From: Octopus sinensis
Lineage: Eukaryota
Length of the DNA stretch: 64,000 nucleotides
Assembly (NCBI RefSeq): GCF_006345805.1
Contig: NW_021833448.1
Location: 1-64,000 of the forward strand
Direction of reading: 5' to 3'
Made by a program: the position numbers and the translations under genes. Below are positions 41,751-54,945 of the stretch, in pieces. Each line of letters starts with the position of its first letter. Within the stretch, counting starts at the first letter, position 1. The notes under the pieces are model-generated. The model was not told the DNA's origin. It searched no databases and saw only the letters and a list, made by a program, of their open reading frames with translations.

Positions 41751-41994
41751 GTTATAGTGTTTAATGTTTATTGCCTATTATTGTGTTTAAGAGGTTTAAC
41801 GCCCCAATTGTTAAATGGACTATTAGTCCAAAGATTGTAAAACTGAAGTTAGAGGTTCATTACATCGTTTTGTCTTTCAGTGGAAAGAAGAAGAGAATAA
41901 TATTTTAAAGAAGCAGAAAATCGGCGGGCCTTTTTAGTCTTCTCCCATTAATATCATCCTTATCATCATTCACCTCATCAATATATTTGTCCAG

Positions 41995-42385
41995 GAGGAG
42001 GCGCAATGGCCCAGTGGTTAGGGCAGCGGACTCGCGGTCATAGGATCGTGGTTTCGATTCCCAGACCGGGCGTTGTGAGTGTTTATTGAGCGAAAACACC
42101 TAAAAACTCCAGGAGGCTCCGGCAGGGGATGGAGGTGATCCCTGCTGTACTCTTTCACCACAACTTTCTCTCACTCTTACTTCCTGTTTCTGTTGTACCT
42201 GTATTTCAAGGGGCCGGCCTTGTCACTCTCTGTGTCACGCTGAATATCCCCGAGAACTACGTTAAGGGTGCACGTGTCTGTGGAGTGCTCAGCCACTTAC
42301 ACGTTGATTTCACGAGCAGGCTGTTCCGTTGATTCGGATCAACCGGAACCCTCATCGTCGTAACCGACGAAGTGCTTCCCCATTC
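41995..42385 (+). mobile_element. Full-length SINE family C with a 12-bp target-site duplication
   Basis: tRNA-Arg-like head; TSD atatttgtccag at 41983-41994 and 42386-42397. Confidence 0.92.
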
Positions 42386-42446
42386 ATATTTGTCCAGACC
42401 GCAAGCTACTCTGTATCATGCCTTTATGGCAAACTTTTTGAAATAA

Positions 42447-42647
42447 AGTAGCTTGCTTACCAACCACATGGTTCCGGGTTCAGTCCCACTGCGTGGCACC
42501 TTGAGTAAGTGTCTTCTACTATAGCCACGGGCCGAACAAAGCCTTGTGAGTGGATTTGGTTGACAGAAACTGAAAGAAACCCGTCATATATATATATATA
42601 TATATATATGTTTTGTTGAATATCTGCTGCTTTTAAATAAAGTATAC

Positions 42648-42680
<33 letters not shown>

Positions 42681-42881
42681 TGTATGTGTTTTGTGTTTGT
42701 CCCCTCAATATCGCTTGACAACCGATGCTGATGTGTTTGCGTCACCGTAACTTAGCGGTTCGGCAAATGAAACCGATAGAATAAGTACTAGGCTTACAAA
42801 AAATCAATTCTGGGGTCGATTTGCTCGACTAAAGGTGGTGCTCCAGCATGGCCACAGTCAAATGACTGAAACAAGTAAAGG
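42447..42881 (+). mobile_element. SINE family A (5'-truncated)
   Basis: gtagcttgcttaccaaccacatggttccgggttcagtccc..ggtgctccagcatggccacagtcaaatgactgaaacaagtaaag. Confidence 0.92.
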
Positions 42882-43014
42882 AGATAATTTGTGATTCAAC
42901 GAAATATTCCGTATTGTTAAGAAGTCCGGCTTATTTTGAAATGACCAATCAGACACTTGCAGGTTTCAGAGTGCGCTCCTAATGTTATACACGCTAAGCT
43001 ACCGAAATAGCACC
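42882..43014 (+). repeat. 133-bp dispersed repeat; second copy inverted at 61982-62114
   Basis: agataatttgtgattc..tgaaatgaccaatcagacacttgcagg..tagcacc, roughly 85% identical to the reverse complement of 61982-62114. Confidence 0.9.
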
Positions 43015-43959
43015 CGTTTATATGTGTGTATCAAGTGTATATAATTACTCATATCATTGTTCTTTGATGCTATAAATTGTCTCGTGATAAAAACGACGCG
43101 GTTCTCTCAGCTGGATCACTTTTTAATTGCTATTACAGACGAATCAAGGGAGTTAACTTCTGTTCTTCCTCGTCAGAGATGAAACGTCTCAAATCTACTC
43201 ATAACGTAAATGGTGTCCGTAGCCGGCACTGATGTCATTATTTTCTTTTTATATATATTTTAGTACATTCGTTGGCACACTAACTGTCTACATTTGTAAA
43301 GGATTCTCTAGAGTAGAGACGTGTAAAATCCTTAATGAGAATAGTATTTTTATTTTAGTTCCATAGACGAAGTGGAAGATAAAGAAGTCTATAGGGGAAA
43401 CAAACTACAGTCAAAAAGTCTATTCTGACAGACTAATTGATTGCATAATAGGAAAAAAAACTCAGAAGAAATGCACCGCAATAATAACACCCTATACTAC
43501 ACTTACCGAAATAAACATGTCACATAATGTCTTTTATATACAAAAAGATACATGTGGTTCCCAACGAAAGCGTTGGACGAAACATATTATTCTTTTATCG
43601 AACACACAGTTTTTGATTAAATACTTTGTATCTCACATTTCTTGCTTTGAGTAATTTATTCCAAGTGACCTCACAATGTTTCTTGAATCTGTTACCTTTT
43701 TGCATAAATGCATATTCTCTAAGTGATGAATACAGCATTCCCACCCAGACCTTCAATACGCTCCAGAAATGTATTAGGTCGAACGATAAATTAACGTTAA
43801 TTACATAGTACGAGTAAACCCCCCCCCTCCGTCCAATAGACGGGGTTGCCAAACATTTAAACCAAATTTTGCTGAGTTGTCAAACATTTAAACCAAATAT
43901 TCTCAAAGCAACTTCTCCGACCACCCCATAGGCCTTCCCTTTGAGAAACACTGATTTAA

Positions 43960-44255
43960 CCTAAATTGGAGACACCAAACAAGCCGGCTTTTCTTGCGCA
44001 AACTGCGCGTGCATTTTTCTCTCGTACGCGTAGCATCGATCGCAACAGCTGATGCACTTGCGCGTACAAATGCACGTTCCCACGGCTTTATAGATCGCAT
44101 TCTCACCTGGAATTGATTTTTGTAATTTTTTCCTGACTTATACACGCCCTGATACCGTCGATATTTACATATCAAATTTGAGAGCAATCTGATGGAGGAT
44201 GCCCGAGATCCTAGGGGACACACACACTCAGACAGAACGGATTTTAAGTAATAGA
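43960..44255 (-). mobile_element. Possible third Helitron-like element (5' end)
   Basis: Minus strand A|TCTATTACTTAAAATCCGTTCTGTCTGAGTGTG resembles the 5' ends of the other two Helitrons; 3' CTRR end not clearly found. Confidence 0.4.
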
Positions 44256-45074
44256 TAAAACACATTTACTATTTACAAGCCTGTGAATCAGCAAGCACGA
44301 TGCTAATGTATAAAGCAACATAGATGCTCGATTGCCAAGGTAAATGGCGTAAAGTTTAGTATTTTAAATATTATACTAGCCACTTGCATACGACATCTTT
44401 ATATCTACATTCTTTACATTTCCAAGGATCAGATGTCTGGCATTACAACAATTCAAAGCAAAGACAGAATGGAACACATTGGTGTGTGACATATAAAAAT
44501 CTACAAAATTTCTCCCAAAGCAAAAAAATTAATGAAACAAATACTCATGATAAAGCACAATGTTAAAAACTCAACGCATAATATTTTTTGCTTCTCTATA
44601 TAGAAGTTGTTTAGAATTCATAGTCAGTACTGGCCATTATAGGATGGTAAAATGGGCGGAGATGCATATTTCAAGAGTTATTGCACTTTCATTAGTACCT
44701 CATCCAACACATTACCTTTTCACGTACAGATTGCTTGATTACAGCTAGGTTTTGCGTTGTTACACAATTAAATAGACAAATTTACAGATTAAACAAATTT
44801 ACTGCAACTAGTACGTTGCAGTAACTTGTTGGTAATTGTTGGTAAGAACACAATATTTCGTAATATACTACCATTATTTACATAAACGTATTTGTTTACG
44901 AAATGTAACCTCCTGTGCTGACTCGGAATTCATTAGAAAATCTATAGAGATAAAATTGAAAGTGAAAATATCGCACTGCTAACACACAGCAAGCCACAAT
45001 ATTGGCTTCTAAACTTATAACCTACTTCGTAGTATAATATGGTTGCAAGGCTAAATTCTACATCTTTGCCAGCA

Positions 45075-45490
45075 ATTGAGATTGGTTTCAAGTTTTGGCA
45101 CAAGTCCAGCAATTTTGAGGGAGGCAGTAAATCGATTACATCGTCCCCCAAGATTCAACTGGTACTTATTTTATCGGCCCCGAAAGGATGAAAGGCAAAG
45201 TCGTCCTCGGCGGAATTTGAATCCAGAACGTTAACACGGACGGAATGCTGTTAAGCATTTTTCCAGGCAGGGTAACGATTCTGCCAGCACGCTGCCTTTG
45301 CCAGCAATTAATATTAAAACAGAATCGTCCGTCTTTACTTTCTGAGTTGAAACTTCCCCGAGGTCAACTTTCCCCTTCATTCTTCTGGGGTCGATTCAAT
45401 AAGTACCAGTGGAGACCTGAGGTCGATGTAAACGATTTAACGTTCCACACCCCAAAATTACTGGCCTTGTGCCAAAATATGAAAGCAGTA
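45075..45490. mobile_element. Two SINE family B copies in divergent orientation (45075-45300 -, 45325-45490 +)
   Basis: Shared motifs aaaggatgaaaggcaaagtc/ttctgagtt..gaggtcaacttt and ttgtgccaaaa. Confidence 0.8.
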
Positions 45491-46905
45491 TTCACGTAGA
45501 ATTTTATACTAGTCACAATAAACGCATGTTTGAAAAGACTGAAATTTCAATTTGATCACCAACTGCATTTAATGGTTACCAAGCTGTCTCTAACATTCGG
45601 AACAGTTTTGTTTTCTGCGTAAAACCTCATTACATTCTCGCACCAGTCCCTAAAATGTTGTAATAGGCACTGATGTTCCTGGCGTCCTTGAAGTGTACAC
45701 GGCATTTTCTGTTGCTCCTTCGCCGTTCTCAAAATAGCGTTCGTAATGGTGTCTTTAAAGCGAAACGACTCAATAAGTATTAATACAGATACCTCCTAAT
45801 ATGTGAAGAGGGTCAACTACTCAGCCTAACGTGAATAGTATGACAATTCGACCTTGTGTTTTTACTTCATACAAAATAAAAAAATTATATTAGCAAAACA
45901 TAAAAAAAGCAATAGCAAACAAAATAATAACATCGATAACAACCCTAGTAACAACAATAAACTTCCAAATCAATAATAACACAGCAACGATAAATATATA
46001 AACACCGGAATCATTAGTGTCAACTAATATAGTCATATTTATTCATTTTGGGGGCGGAGTTTTTGTCCAACAAGAAATCAAGAAAAAGAGAAAAACAAGG
46101 AGAATACATAAACAAACCAAAGTAGTGTAGTCTTCGCAGCACCACACTATTGACCTAGCGATCGAAACAAAAAACAGACAAGATAAAACAGCTATCCAGA
46201 AAGTGAACAGAAATGTGAGCTGGTACTTAATAAAGATAAAGTGTTCTTGAGAGAGGTGGTTAGTAACAAAACCAAGAAAAAAATTGGAAAGGGGTTGTTT
46301 TTGCGCTTTTCTTTTCAATAATAAATGTCTCTCTTTTATATTAATTAAGAAGACATGAGTTCCATTTATTTCTAACTCAAAATTCCCCTAACACGGTCGT
46401 CTAAGCGTTTATTGTTTTTACTTCGACTGCTCACTGTTCAGATAGTAATGGCGTCGGTTGGTGAGTTGTCTACAGAATATGACATTGAACAGACGCTATA
46501 AGCTGTCACTTTCGACATTCGTTTCACTGTAGCAAGGTGGGGTATAAATGGCGTGTAAGGTAGCGCGCGCACACACACACACATACACACACACTCACAC
46601 ACACACTCAAACACAGATACACACACACATTCTCTTTTCTCTGCTTAGTTTGACTGTCTACGTGTGTATGTATATAAGTTTGCATGTATGTATAAATGCA
46701 TGCATGAATGTGTATCTGTATACGCATCTATGTATGTGTATATGAATGTGTGTATGTTTACATATACACACATTCATACACGCACACATACACATAGGCA
46801 CAGGCACGCACACGTACACTTAGATTTATATAGTGACAGGTATCTATGAATTTTCCAAAACAAATTTTACTAACTCGGAATTGATCTTCCTAAGAAAAAA
46901 AACTG

Positions 46906-47226
46906 CCACTCCATCGATCACAACGACGAGGGTTTTTGTTAATCTGAGCGATCGGAGCAGCCAGCTTGTAAAATTAAAGTGCAAGTGGTTGAGCACTCCG
47001 CAAACACGTGTAGCCTTCACTTCGTTCTCAGGAAGATTCAGTATTCTATAGAATATCACAAGGCTAGTCCTTTGAATTGCAGATAGCATTCAGTTTTCCC
47101 AGCTAAGTGAATTGAAACAACGTAGAATAAAGTGTCTTGCTCAAGGACTCAATGCGCCGCGGTGAATCGAACTCACGTCCTTACGATCTGGAGTTTAACA
47201 CACTCTTCACTAAGTCACGTGCCTTC
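46906..47226 (-). mobile_element. SINE family C
   Basis: acgacgaggg..aagtggttgagcactcc..cacgtgt..gtgtcttgctcaagga..aatcgaactc..cactaagtcacgtgcc. Confidence 0.8.
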
Positions 47227-47514
47227 AGAATTAATCCTCCCATAGTTACAGTAACCATCTTGCACAAATTGCCGTACTGTGGGTGTAGTCTTAGTTATTC
47301 TGTTTTCAGATCACTATTCTTCTTTATAGAAATTACTGCGGGTGATCCTAATCAATATTCATTTTTATTCCACTTGTATAATGAATATTCATGTTTCAGA
47401 ACTATGGTTTCTAGATGGGCGCATGTAGCCTACAAGGATAGAAACATGTCCGTATTAGTTGGTAATGAAAGGATAAATATAATAAATCATACGCACACAC
47501 ACACACATATGTCC

Positions 47515-47665
<151 letters not shown>

Positions 47666-48064
47666 GTATATATGTGCGTATATATATATATATATATACA
47701 TATAATATATACATGTGACAAACGAAAAATACGCCGCCGATAGTTGTCGTTGACAAACAACGGCAGTAATTTTATTCAACTGAATACACGTCATTGATTG
47801 GTTGAAATTACCGAAACACGAGAATTTTAACGTGAAATAAATTCGTAAATATAAGTTTTTTCTCAAAAATGCTAAGCGTAAAAAATGCTTTATATGACAC
47901 ATACTACCAGTGTCCGAATTTTGAAAGTGTTTTAGTTACAAAAAATTATTTTTTTTTTAATTTGTCGGTCAAAAGGTAAAGATCCAAACGAATCTTATTA
48001 TTATACTGGACCGATGGTAATTGAATGTGACAAACAAGGATACATGTACTACCACCACAAACTC

Positions 48065-48084
48065 CCCATACTACTACTACTACA

Positions 48085-48115
<31 letters not shown>

Positions 48116-48157
48116 ACTACTACTACTACTACTACTACTACTAGTACTACTACTACT

Positions 48158-48196
<39 letters not shown>

Positions 48197-48198
48197 GG

Positions 48199-48231
<33 letters not shown>

Positions 48232-48242
48232 ACTACTACTAC

Positions 48243-48329
<87 letters not shown>

Positions 48330-48330
48330 G
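48065..48330. repeat. (TAC)n/(TGC)n microsatellite
   Basis: Directly visible. Confidence 0.95.
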
Positions 48331-48645
48331 TGAAGTCTACTACAGCTGCTAGCAATCATTTCGTTTAATTTCTTCAGAATCACATTAGTGAAAACTTATA
48401 AAACATTAACAAAATCTTTACTAATTCTAGAATGTGTGTGCCAGATGGAAGGATTCCATTCTTCCAAAATTAAACAATTAGATTGCGAAATAACTTTCCT
48501 TTCTGTATTCCGTTTCTCAATCCTGACTGTCCTACATTTCAGCACGGTTTTGCCTGAAGATATAAAGAATATTACAAATATTAAAAATAGGGAGAGTCAA
48601 TTCTCTCAAGACACCTTAAATATGATTAGATTTATATACATACAA

Positions 48646-48680
<35 letters not shown>

Positions 48681-48932
48681 TGAGTGTGTGTGTGTCTGAG
48701 TGTCTCTGTGTCTGTGCGTCTGTGTGTGCGTACACCATGCGCGCTAATGATGGTTGTGTGAATATATTGTGATATGCAGAAAATCTGGCTGCTATTTCTA
48801 GCATGTAGGATGACTGTGGAGCGTCTCCACCTTTGGCTCGATTAAATATAAAATGGAGAATTTAGTTTTGTGTTTCGTTTGGTATTTCGTGAGGTGATGT
48901 ATTGTTGTGGCTACAATATACGTATATATATA

Positions 48933-48971
<39 letters not shown>

Positions 48972-48976
<5 letters not shown>

Positions 48977-49361
48977 CGCAGGAGTGGGTGTGTAGTTAGT
49001 AGCTTACTTACCAACCACATGGTCCCAGGTTCAGTCCCACTGCGTGGCACTTTGGGCAAGTGTCTTCTATAGCCTCGAGCCGACCAAAGCCTTGTGAGTA
49101 GATTTGGTAAACGGAAACTGAAAGAAGCCCGTCGTATATGTATATATATATATATATATGTATATATATGTGTGGCTGCCCCCCATTAAACATCGTTTGA
49201 CAACCGATGCGGATGTGTTTACGTCCCCCTAACTTAGCGGTTCGGTAAAAGTAACAGATAGAATAAGTACTAGGCTGACAAAGAATAAGTCGTCGGGTCG
49301 ATTTGCTCGACTAAAGGTGGTGCTCCAGCATGGACGCAGTCATTTGACTGAAACAAGTAAA
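48972..49361 (+). mobile_element. Full-length SINE family A
   Basis: ataggcgcaggagtgg..gttcagtcccactgcgtggcactttgggcaagtg..ggtgctccagcatgg..tgactgaaacaagtaa. Confidence 0.92.
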
Positions 49362-49437
49362 GTAGACCACAACAATACAGTACCATATTTTTATATATAT
49401 AGATATATATGTATGTATGTATGTATATATATATATG

Positions 49438-49512
<75 letters not shown>

Positions 49513-49546
49513 CTATATATGCACTCCTCTTCTTTTTTGTCCTGTT

Positions 49547-49577
<31 letters not shown>

Positions 49578-51413
49578 TTCTCCCCCGTTCTATCTCTCCC
49601 CCTCTCTACCTCTCTCTCTTCTACTTTCACCATTTTGCTCTCTATTCCTGTTTTGCAATGTAACAGTCTCCGAAGAATTTCACACTAACCAACAGCTGAG
49701 TCTGTTTATGATAAAAAGCTGATCCTTTCAAATTAATTTAGGCAGGAAATTAAATATTGCTGATGTAACGTCAAATTATAGCCGCGATTACATGGAGTCT
49801 GTTCTGCTATATTTTACCAAAATAGGATTTCTGACATGCTCATATTTTGACCAGCTCTCCATGTAAAGCAGTGCATACAAGTTACGAAAATAAATAACCA
49901 AAATGCATATCAGTTGTACATTGAAAAAATTATACTAATCTTAGTGCATTTATATGAAACATGCATATAAAGGCACATATATACAAACACACGCACAAAC
50001 ACACATACACACACCTGCGAGCATGTACACACACCCATATGCATTTATGCATGCATCTATTAATACATGCACCTATAAAAGGTGAAGTATGTTTAGTTTC
50101 ATGGTGTGCAGAACCATTGTCGAGAAAGTGGTAAAACACACCATCATAGTAGTAACAATAAATAAAATACCGAGAGTGATCAAGTGCTGGGGAAAAGATT
50201 GTGGGGTTTAGAATAAAGACAAGCTCACAAATCCGAAGCAAGCATGGGATATAGAATGTTTGTCATTGCGGGCGTCACGTATGTCGATGAAAGAACTTTG
50301 ACGAATCTAACTGATTTGTGAATTGACGTAACGATTATACAAAGGGTCGATTAATTTGTTGATCAAATAGTTAATTAACTAATGAATAATACAGAAGCGA
50401 AATAGAATCAGTGGGTGTTAATTATTGGCACAATATTACATCTTATTTCATCAAATTGTGTTTCAACACACGAGTCAAGAATCTTGCAAGTCGAAGACAG
50501 AAAACCAAAGAGGCTAAAAAACTGTAAATATTTTATTAGAGTGTATTGTGCCAAACCATTCATGGAATAGTTTCTAACACGAAGAGCGAAGAAAGAGTCG
50601 GATGAAGAGTGATATCATGTAAATACTGATATCATATCAAGAAAAAGGGGAAAAAAAAACACAGAGAATTCCGTGTCATGTGACGGTATTGGAAACCTCA
50701 GATGACATACCACGGAAAATGCATATATATGAGGGACACACAAAGTCATTATATTACTTGGTTATCGATGTTTTTTTATATGTCATAACCGGAATTTTAG
50801 GATGTGATTAAGAGAAATACTTCGAAAGATAAACGAAAATAGCATTCATGAAATGGCGAGGGGGATCGTTGTTGGTGTTGCAATTAAGGATGATGTACGT
50901 GTATATGCCAGTGAGCGCGTGTATTTGCTTGCTTCGAAATTCTGTGTGGGTTATCTGTACGTGCGTTTCCTATGTTTGCGTATTTCTGTGAATGTGTACG
51001 GATATACATTCGTGAGTGCAATGCTATGTCCGTAAGCTCTCCATGCTAGCTTGGATTAAGCGACTGCACATCATTTATTTCACATTACTAGAAAGCGTTG
51101 CCTCATCAGTGATGAGGTAATCTTCATCACTAGATGTAAACGAATCCCCAACGGACGACTGTAGCAACTGCCATATACATATATATCTGCTCACACAAAT
51201 ACACACACACATATTCATACGCATACATACATATTCATATTTCATACACCGACACACACAATTTCCCTGACAAAAATCACATAGATATTCACAAGGACAG
51301 TTTCATAAATATACATATATACACGCATGCATACATACATACTCACACACACACACATATATACATACGTAGATACATACACACACACACATATATATAT
51401 ATATATTGTATGC

Positions 51414-51464
<51 letters not shown>

Positions 51465-51481
51465 ATGTATGTATATATATC

Positions 51482-51542
<61 letters not shown>

Positions 51543-51664
51543 TCCAACATGCAAATACGTATAAGTATACAGACACATACATACGCATGCATGTATTTAC
51601 ACACATGTATATATACTAATAATACATACACAAGAACACACAGACACAGACAAACATGTATATA

Positions 51665-52038
51665 CTAGCAGTATCGCCCGGCGTTGCTCAGGTTTGTAAG
51701 GGAAATAACTATAAAGCATTTTTAGAGAGTTATAGCCAAAAAATAGCAAAAAAATTATGGTAAATTTTTTTTTGAGTTAAAAAAGGTTGAGTTGCGTCCC
51801 CTAGACAGTCTGTGGTTTGTTTCTGATTCTCGACCCCATGTCGATTTTATCGATTTTTTTCAGAACTGGGGGAACTTTTCAAAATTTTCGCTGCGTTAGT
51901 TTTGAATTATGACATTTGGCTATGTGTGTGTCAAGTTTCATCAGAATCGGTTGAAAGCCGTGGTCAGGGTGAGGGTACAAGCAAACAGACACGCAGAAAC
52001 ACGCACAGACAAACTGCCGTTTATATATAGAGAGAAGA
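51665..52038 (-). mobile_element. Non-autonomous Helitron
   Basis: Minus strand A|TCTTCTCTCTATATATAAACGG ... cctgagcaacgccgggcgatactgCTAG|T: TC...CTAG ends, A/T target and subterminal hairpin. Confidence 0.88.
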
Positions 52039-52091
52039 TTATATTATAAGAGCTGTAATACATGGCAATATTCACATTCCACAATAGGGCA

Positions 52092-52300
52092 CTGAGCTGG
52101 CAGAATCGTTACTATTCCGCCCGAAATGCTTAACTGTATTTCGGCCATTTTTACGTTTTGAGTTCAGATTCGGCCAAGGTTGATTTTGCTTTTCTTTCTT
52201 TCGGGGTCAATAAAATAGGGACCAGTCGAATATTTTGGTACTATAATCGACTCAACCCGCTTCCGAAACTGTTGGCCTTGTACCAAAACTTGAAACAAAT
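52092..52300 (+). mobile_element. SINE family B
   Basis: gagctggcagaatcgtta..gagttcagattcggccaaggttgattttgc..ggccttgtaccaaaacttgaaac. Confidence 0.8.
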
Positions 52301-53344
52301 ATATATATATATTCCACTGAGCAACCATTATCTGATCTGTGACGTTATTGGAATAGATACATTTATTTACTCGATATCTTACCTAGTGTCACAACTTTCA
52401 TTGTCATATTCACGACAACATACGGAGTTATCTGTCAATAGTATAGAGGATACTTGGTTAAATTTATTTGTATTACAATGAAAAAGTAATGCATATAAGA
52501 TTCAGGATTTAAAGGAACCGGATCAACAAAAGAAATAACCAAGAAAAAAAAACGAATCCTACATATGTTTCAATCCGGCTTTAGATTTGAATAATCCTTT
52601 TCTCTTATTAACTTTACAGGTGTGGTTATATGGTAAGAAATTTGTTTCTCAAACACATGATTCAATTTATTTTTGTATTTGTTTCAGTTACTTGTCTGCG
52701 GCCATTCTGGGGTACCGCTTTGATTGTTCTCCAATCGAACCCAGGACTTATTACTCAAGCCTGGTACTTACTCTATCGGTCGCTTTTGCCGAACCGCTTG
52801 CTAACCGGGATTGTAAACACAACAAGAATTGTTGTCAAGCGGTAATGACCTACACACACAGGCCCAAAGGCAAAAACACATAGAAGGCTATAGGAGAAGG
52901 CACTTGGACAAGTTGCCAATGAAACTGGAACCATATGTCTGGGAAGCAAACTTGTTACCATATAATCACGCCTCTATCTACCTACCTACCTATCTACCTA
53001 TATATATATATATATACATGCGCACTAATTTCAAACAGTGAGAATGAGTGCGTACTGAACAATGTACTGGTAGATAAATTCCATTAATTCGTTAGTCTGC
53101 AAGGCTACCATTTTTTCTAGCCCCAAATGCTCTGCAATTATTACGGTTGCCACATTGAGACTTTTATACACGCCTACATCTTGGATGAGAATTTATATAA
53201 ATATATAGATAGGCAAATTTAGAGATAAGCGTATTATACAGATCAAGTGTATTAAATACATGAAATAGAAAATATCTATATTTGTATCCATAGAAAAAGC
53301 TCCAGCTTATACAAATTAGAAATGATATGAAGAATTAAAAGTAT

Positions 53345-53579
53345 GGCGGAAAAGTACTATAGACCAACAGCTGTTTATGGGGTTCGGCGGTCCATAATAT
53401 TGTTTGTCAATTGATTCCATTATGGGATGAAGCGCGCCTCCGTCTTCAAGAAAGAGATCTATTTCAACATCCCTGAAGACAGAGGCTCATTTTATCCTAT
53501 GAAGGAATCCATCTACAAACATTATTATGGACAGTCGAGCACCCAGAAACAGCTGTTGGATTTGTAATACACTTCCTCC
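53345..53579. repeat. 235-bp imperfect palindrome (fold-back/MITE-like or hairpin RNA)
   Basis: Arms 53345-53450 and 53472-53579 match at 82/108 aligned positions by hand count; 21-nt loop. Confidence 0.85.
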
Positions 53580-54532
53580 TCTCCTGAAGAATGCACAGTG
53601 CGAGAACACACTTTGATGCAAATCTGACGAAGTGCCTGTCTCAATGCGGAAACATTACGTGAATTTTCATTTAGATTTTTGCGTAAACTGGCGTTGCAAA
53701 AGAAGATAGTACTGAAACAATTGTAACTTATAATAATTAAAGATGTGTTAAAGAATTCGCTTCGTCTTCTTCTTTCCCTTGAATTATTTTCTCTTCGCCA
53801 AACCCAGGTTACAGTATAATCGTCGTGAAAGTTAGATTTTGGCCGGGAACCAGACATTGTTGATAGCCCAGTATTCGAGTCGAGTGCTTCCCTGGAAATA
53901 CCTTAATTTCACACCACACCTAACCTTATATATATATATATATATATATACGTGATATATATATATATATATATACGTGCAAAGAGAGAGAGAGAGGGTG
54001 GGAGACAGAGATATATAGATATATAGATAGAGATATATACTGACAGTTATAGATATATATAAATATGCATACTCATGCGCGTACTCATGTGTGAGCATGT
54101 GCGCGCGCGTGCATAACTTGACAACTGATATTGGTTCGATTACTGCACTGTAACTTAGCAGTTAGTCAAAGTAGTTCAAGCAAGTAGGTACCAAACTTAA
54201 AATTCCGTACCGGGGTCGATTTTTTCGACAGAACCCTTCAAGGTGATCTCCAGCATAGCCGCAATACAATTATTTATCCAAGTAAATGATAACGATAAAC
54301 ATTGAATACATTTCGAAATCTAACACTGGTTGGTGAAATTCAAGGCCAGATCCGGATTTGAACTATTCTGTCTATAACAAAGTATCCTATTTCTATTTTT
54401 ATTTCACTACTTTCAGCTCGAGTGTTGCGAGCATGCTGGATTACCAGTGTTTCTTTCCAGGTTCCACCTACAAAGTCCACTCATAAGACTTTGTTCGCCT
54501 TGCGGCTATATTAGGAAATACTTGCCCATACA

Positions 54533-54945
54533 GGCGGCGAGCTGGCAGAAACGTTAGCATGCCGGGCGAAATGCGTAGCCATATTTCGTCTGCCTTTACG
54601 TTCTGAGTTCAAATTCAGCCGAGGTCAACTTTGCCTTTCATCCTTTCGGGGTCGATAAATTAAGTACCAGTTATGCACTGGGGTCGATGTAATCGACTTA
54701 ATCCCTTTGTCTGTCCTTGTCCTCTCTGTGTTTAGACCCTTGTGGGTAGTAAAGAAATAGGTATTTCGTCTGCCCTTACGTTCTGAGTTCAAATTCCGCC
54801 GAGGTTGACTTTGCCTTTCATCCTTTCGGGATCATTTAAATAAGTACCAGTTAGGCACTGGGGTCGATGTAATCGACTTAACCCCTTCGTCTGTCCTTGT
54901 TTGTCCCCTCTATGTTTAGCCCCTTGTGGGCAATAAAGAAATATA
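54533..54945 (+). mobile_element. Tandem dimer of SINE family B inserted in a family A copy (54390-55056 -)
   Basis: Two head-to-tail bodies joined at aaagaaataggtatttcgtctgcc; family A pieces lie on both sides. Confidence 0.85.

Noticed and set aside
46043-46318. Hydrophobic 91-aa ORF resembling a small membrane protein
   Set aside because: Hydrophobicity is explained by T-rich DNA; no recognisable family or convincing exon structure.
53624-53670. CTGACGA...GAAA hammerhead-like match
   Set aside because: Stem I does not form, stem II is out of register and position 17 is G.
53525-53902. ~125-codon open frame on the minus strand with a loosely GPCR-tail-like stretch
   Set aside because: No NPxxY or full TM pattern, it runs into the palindrome, and a few ORFs of this length are expected by chance in 64 kb.
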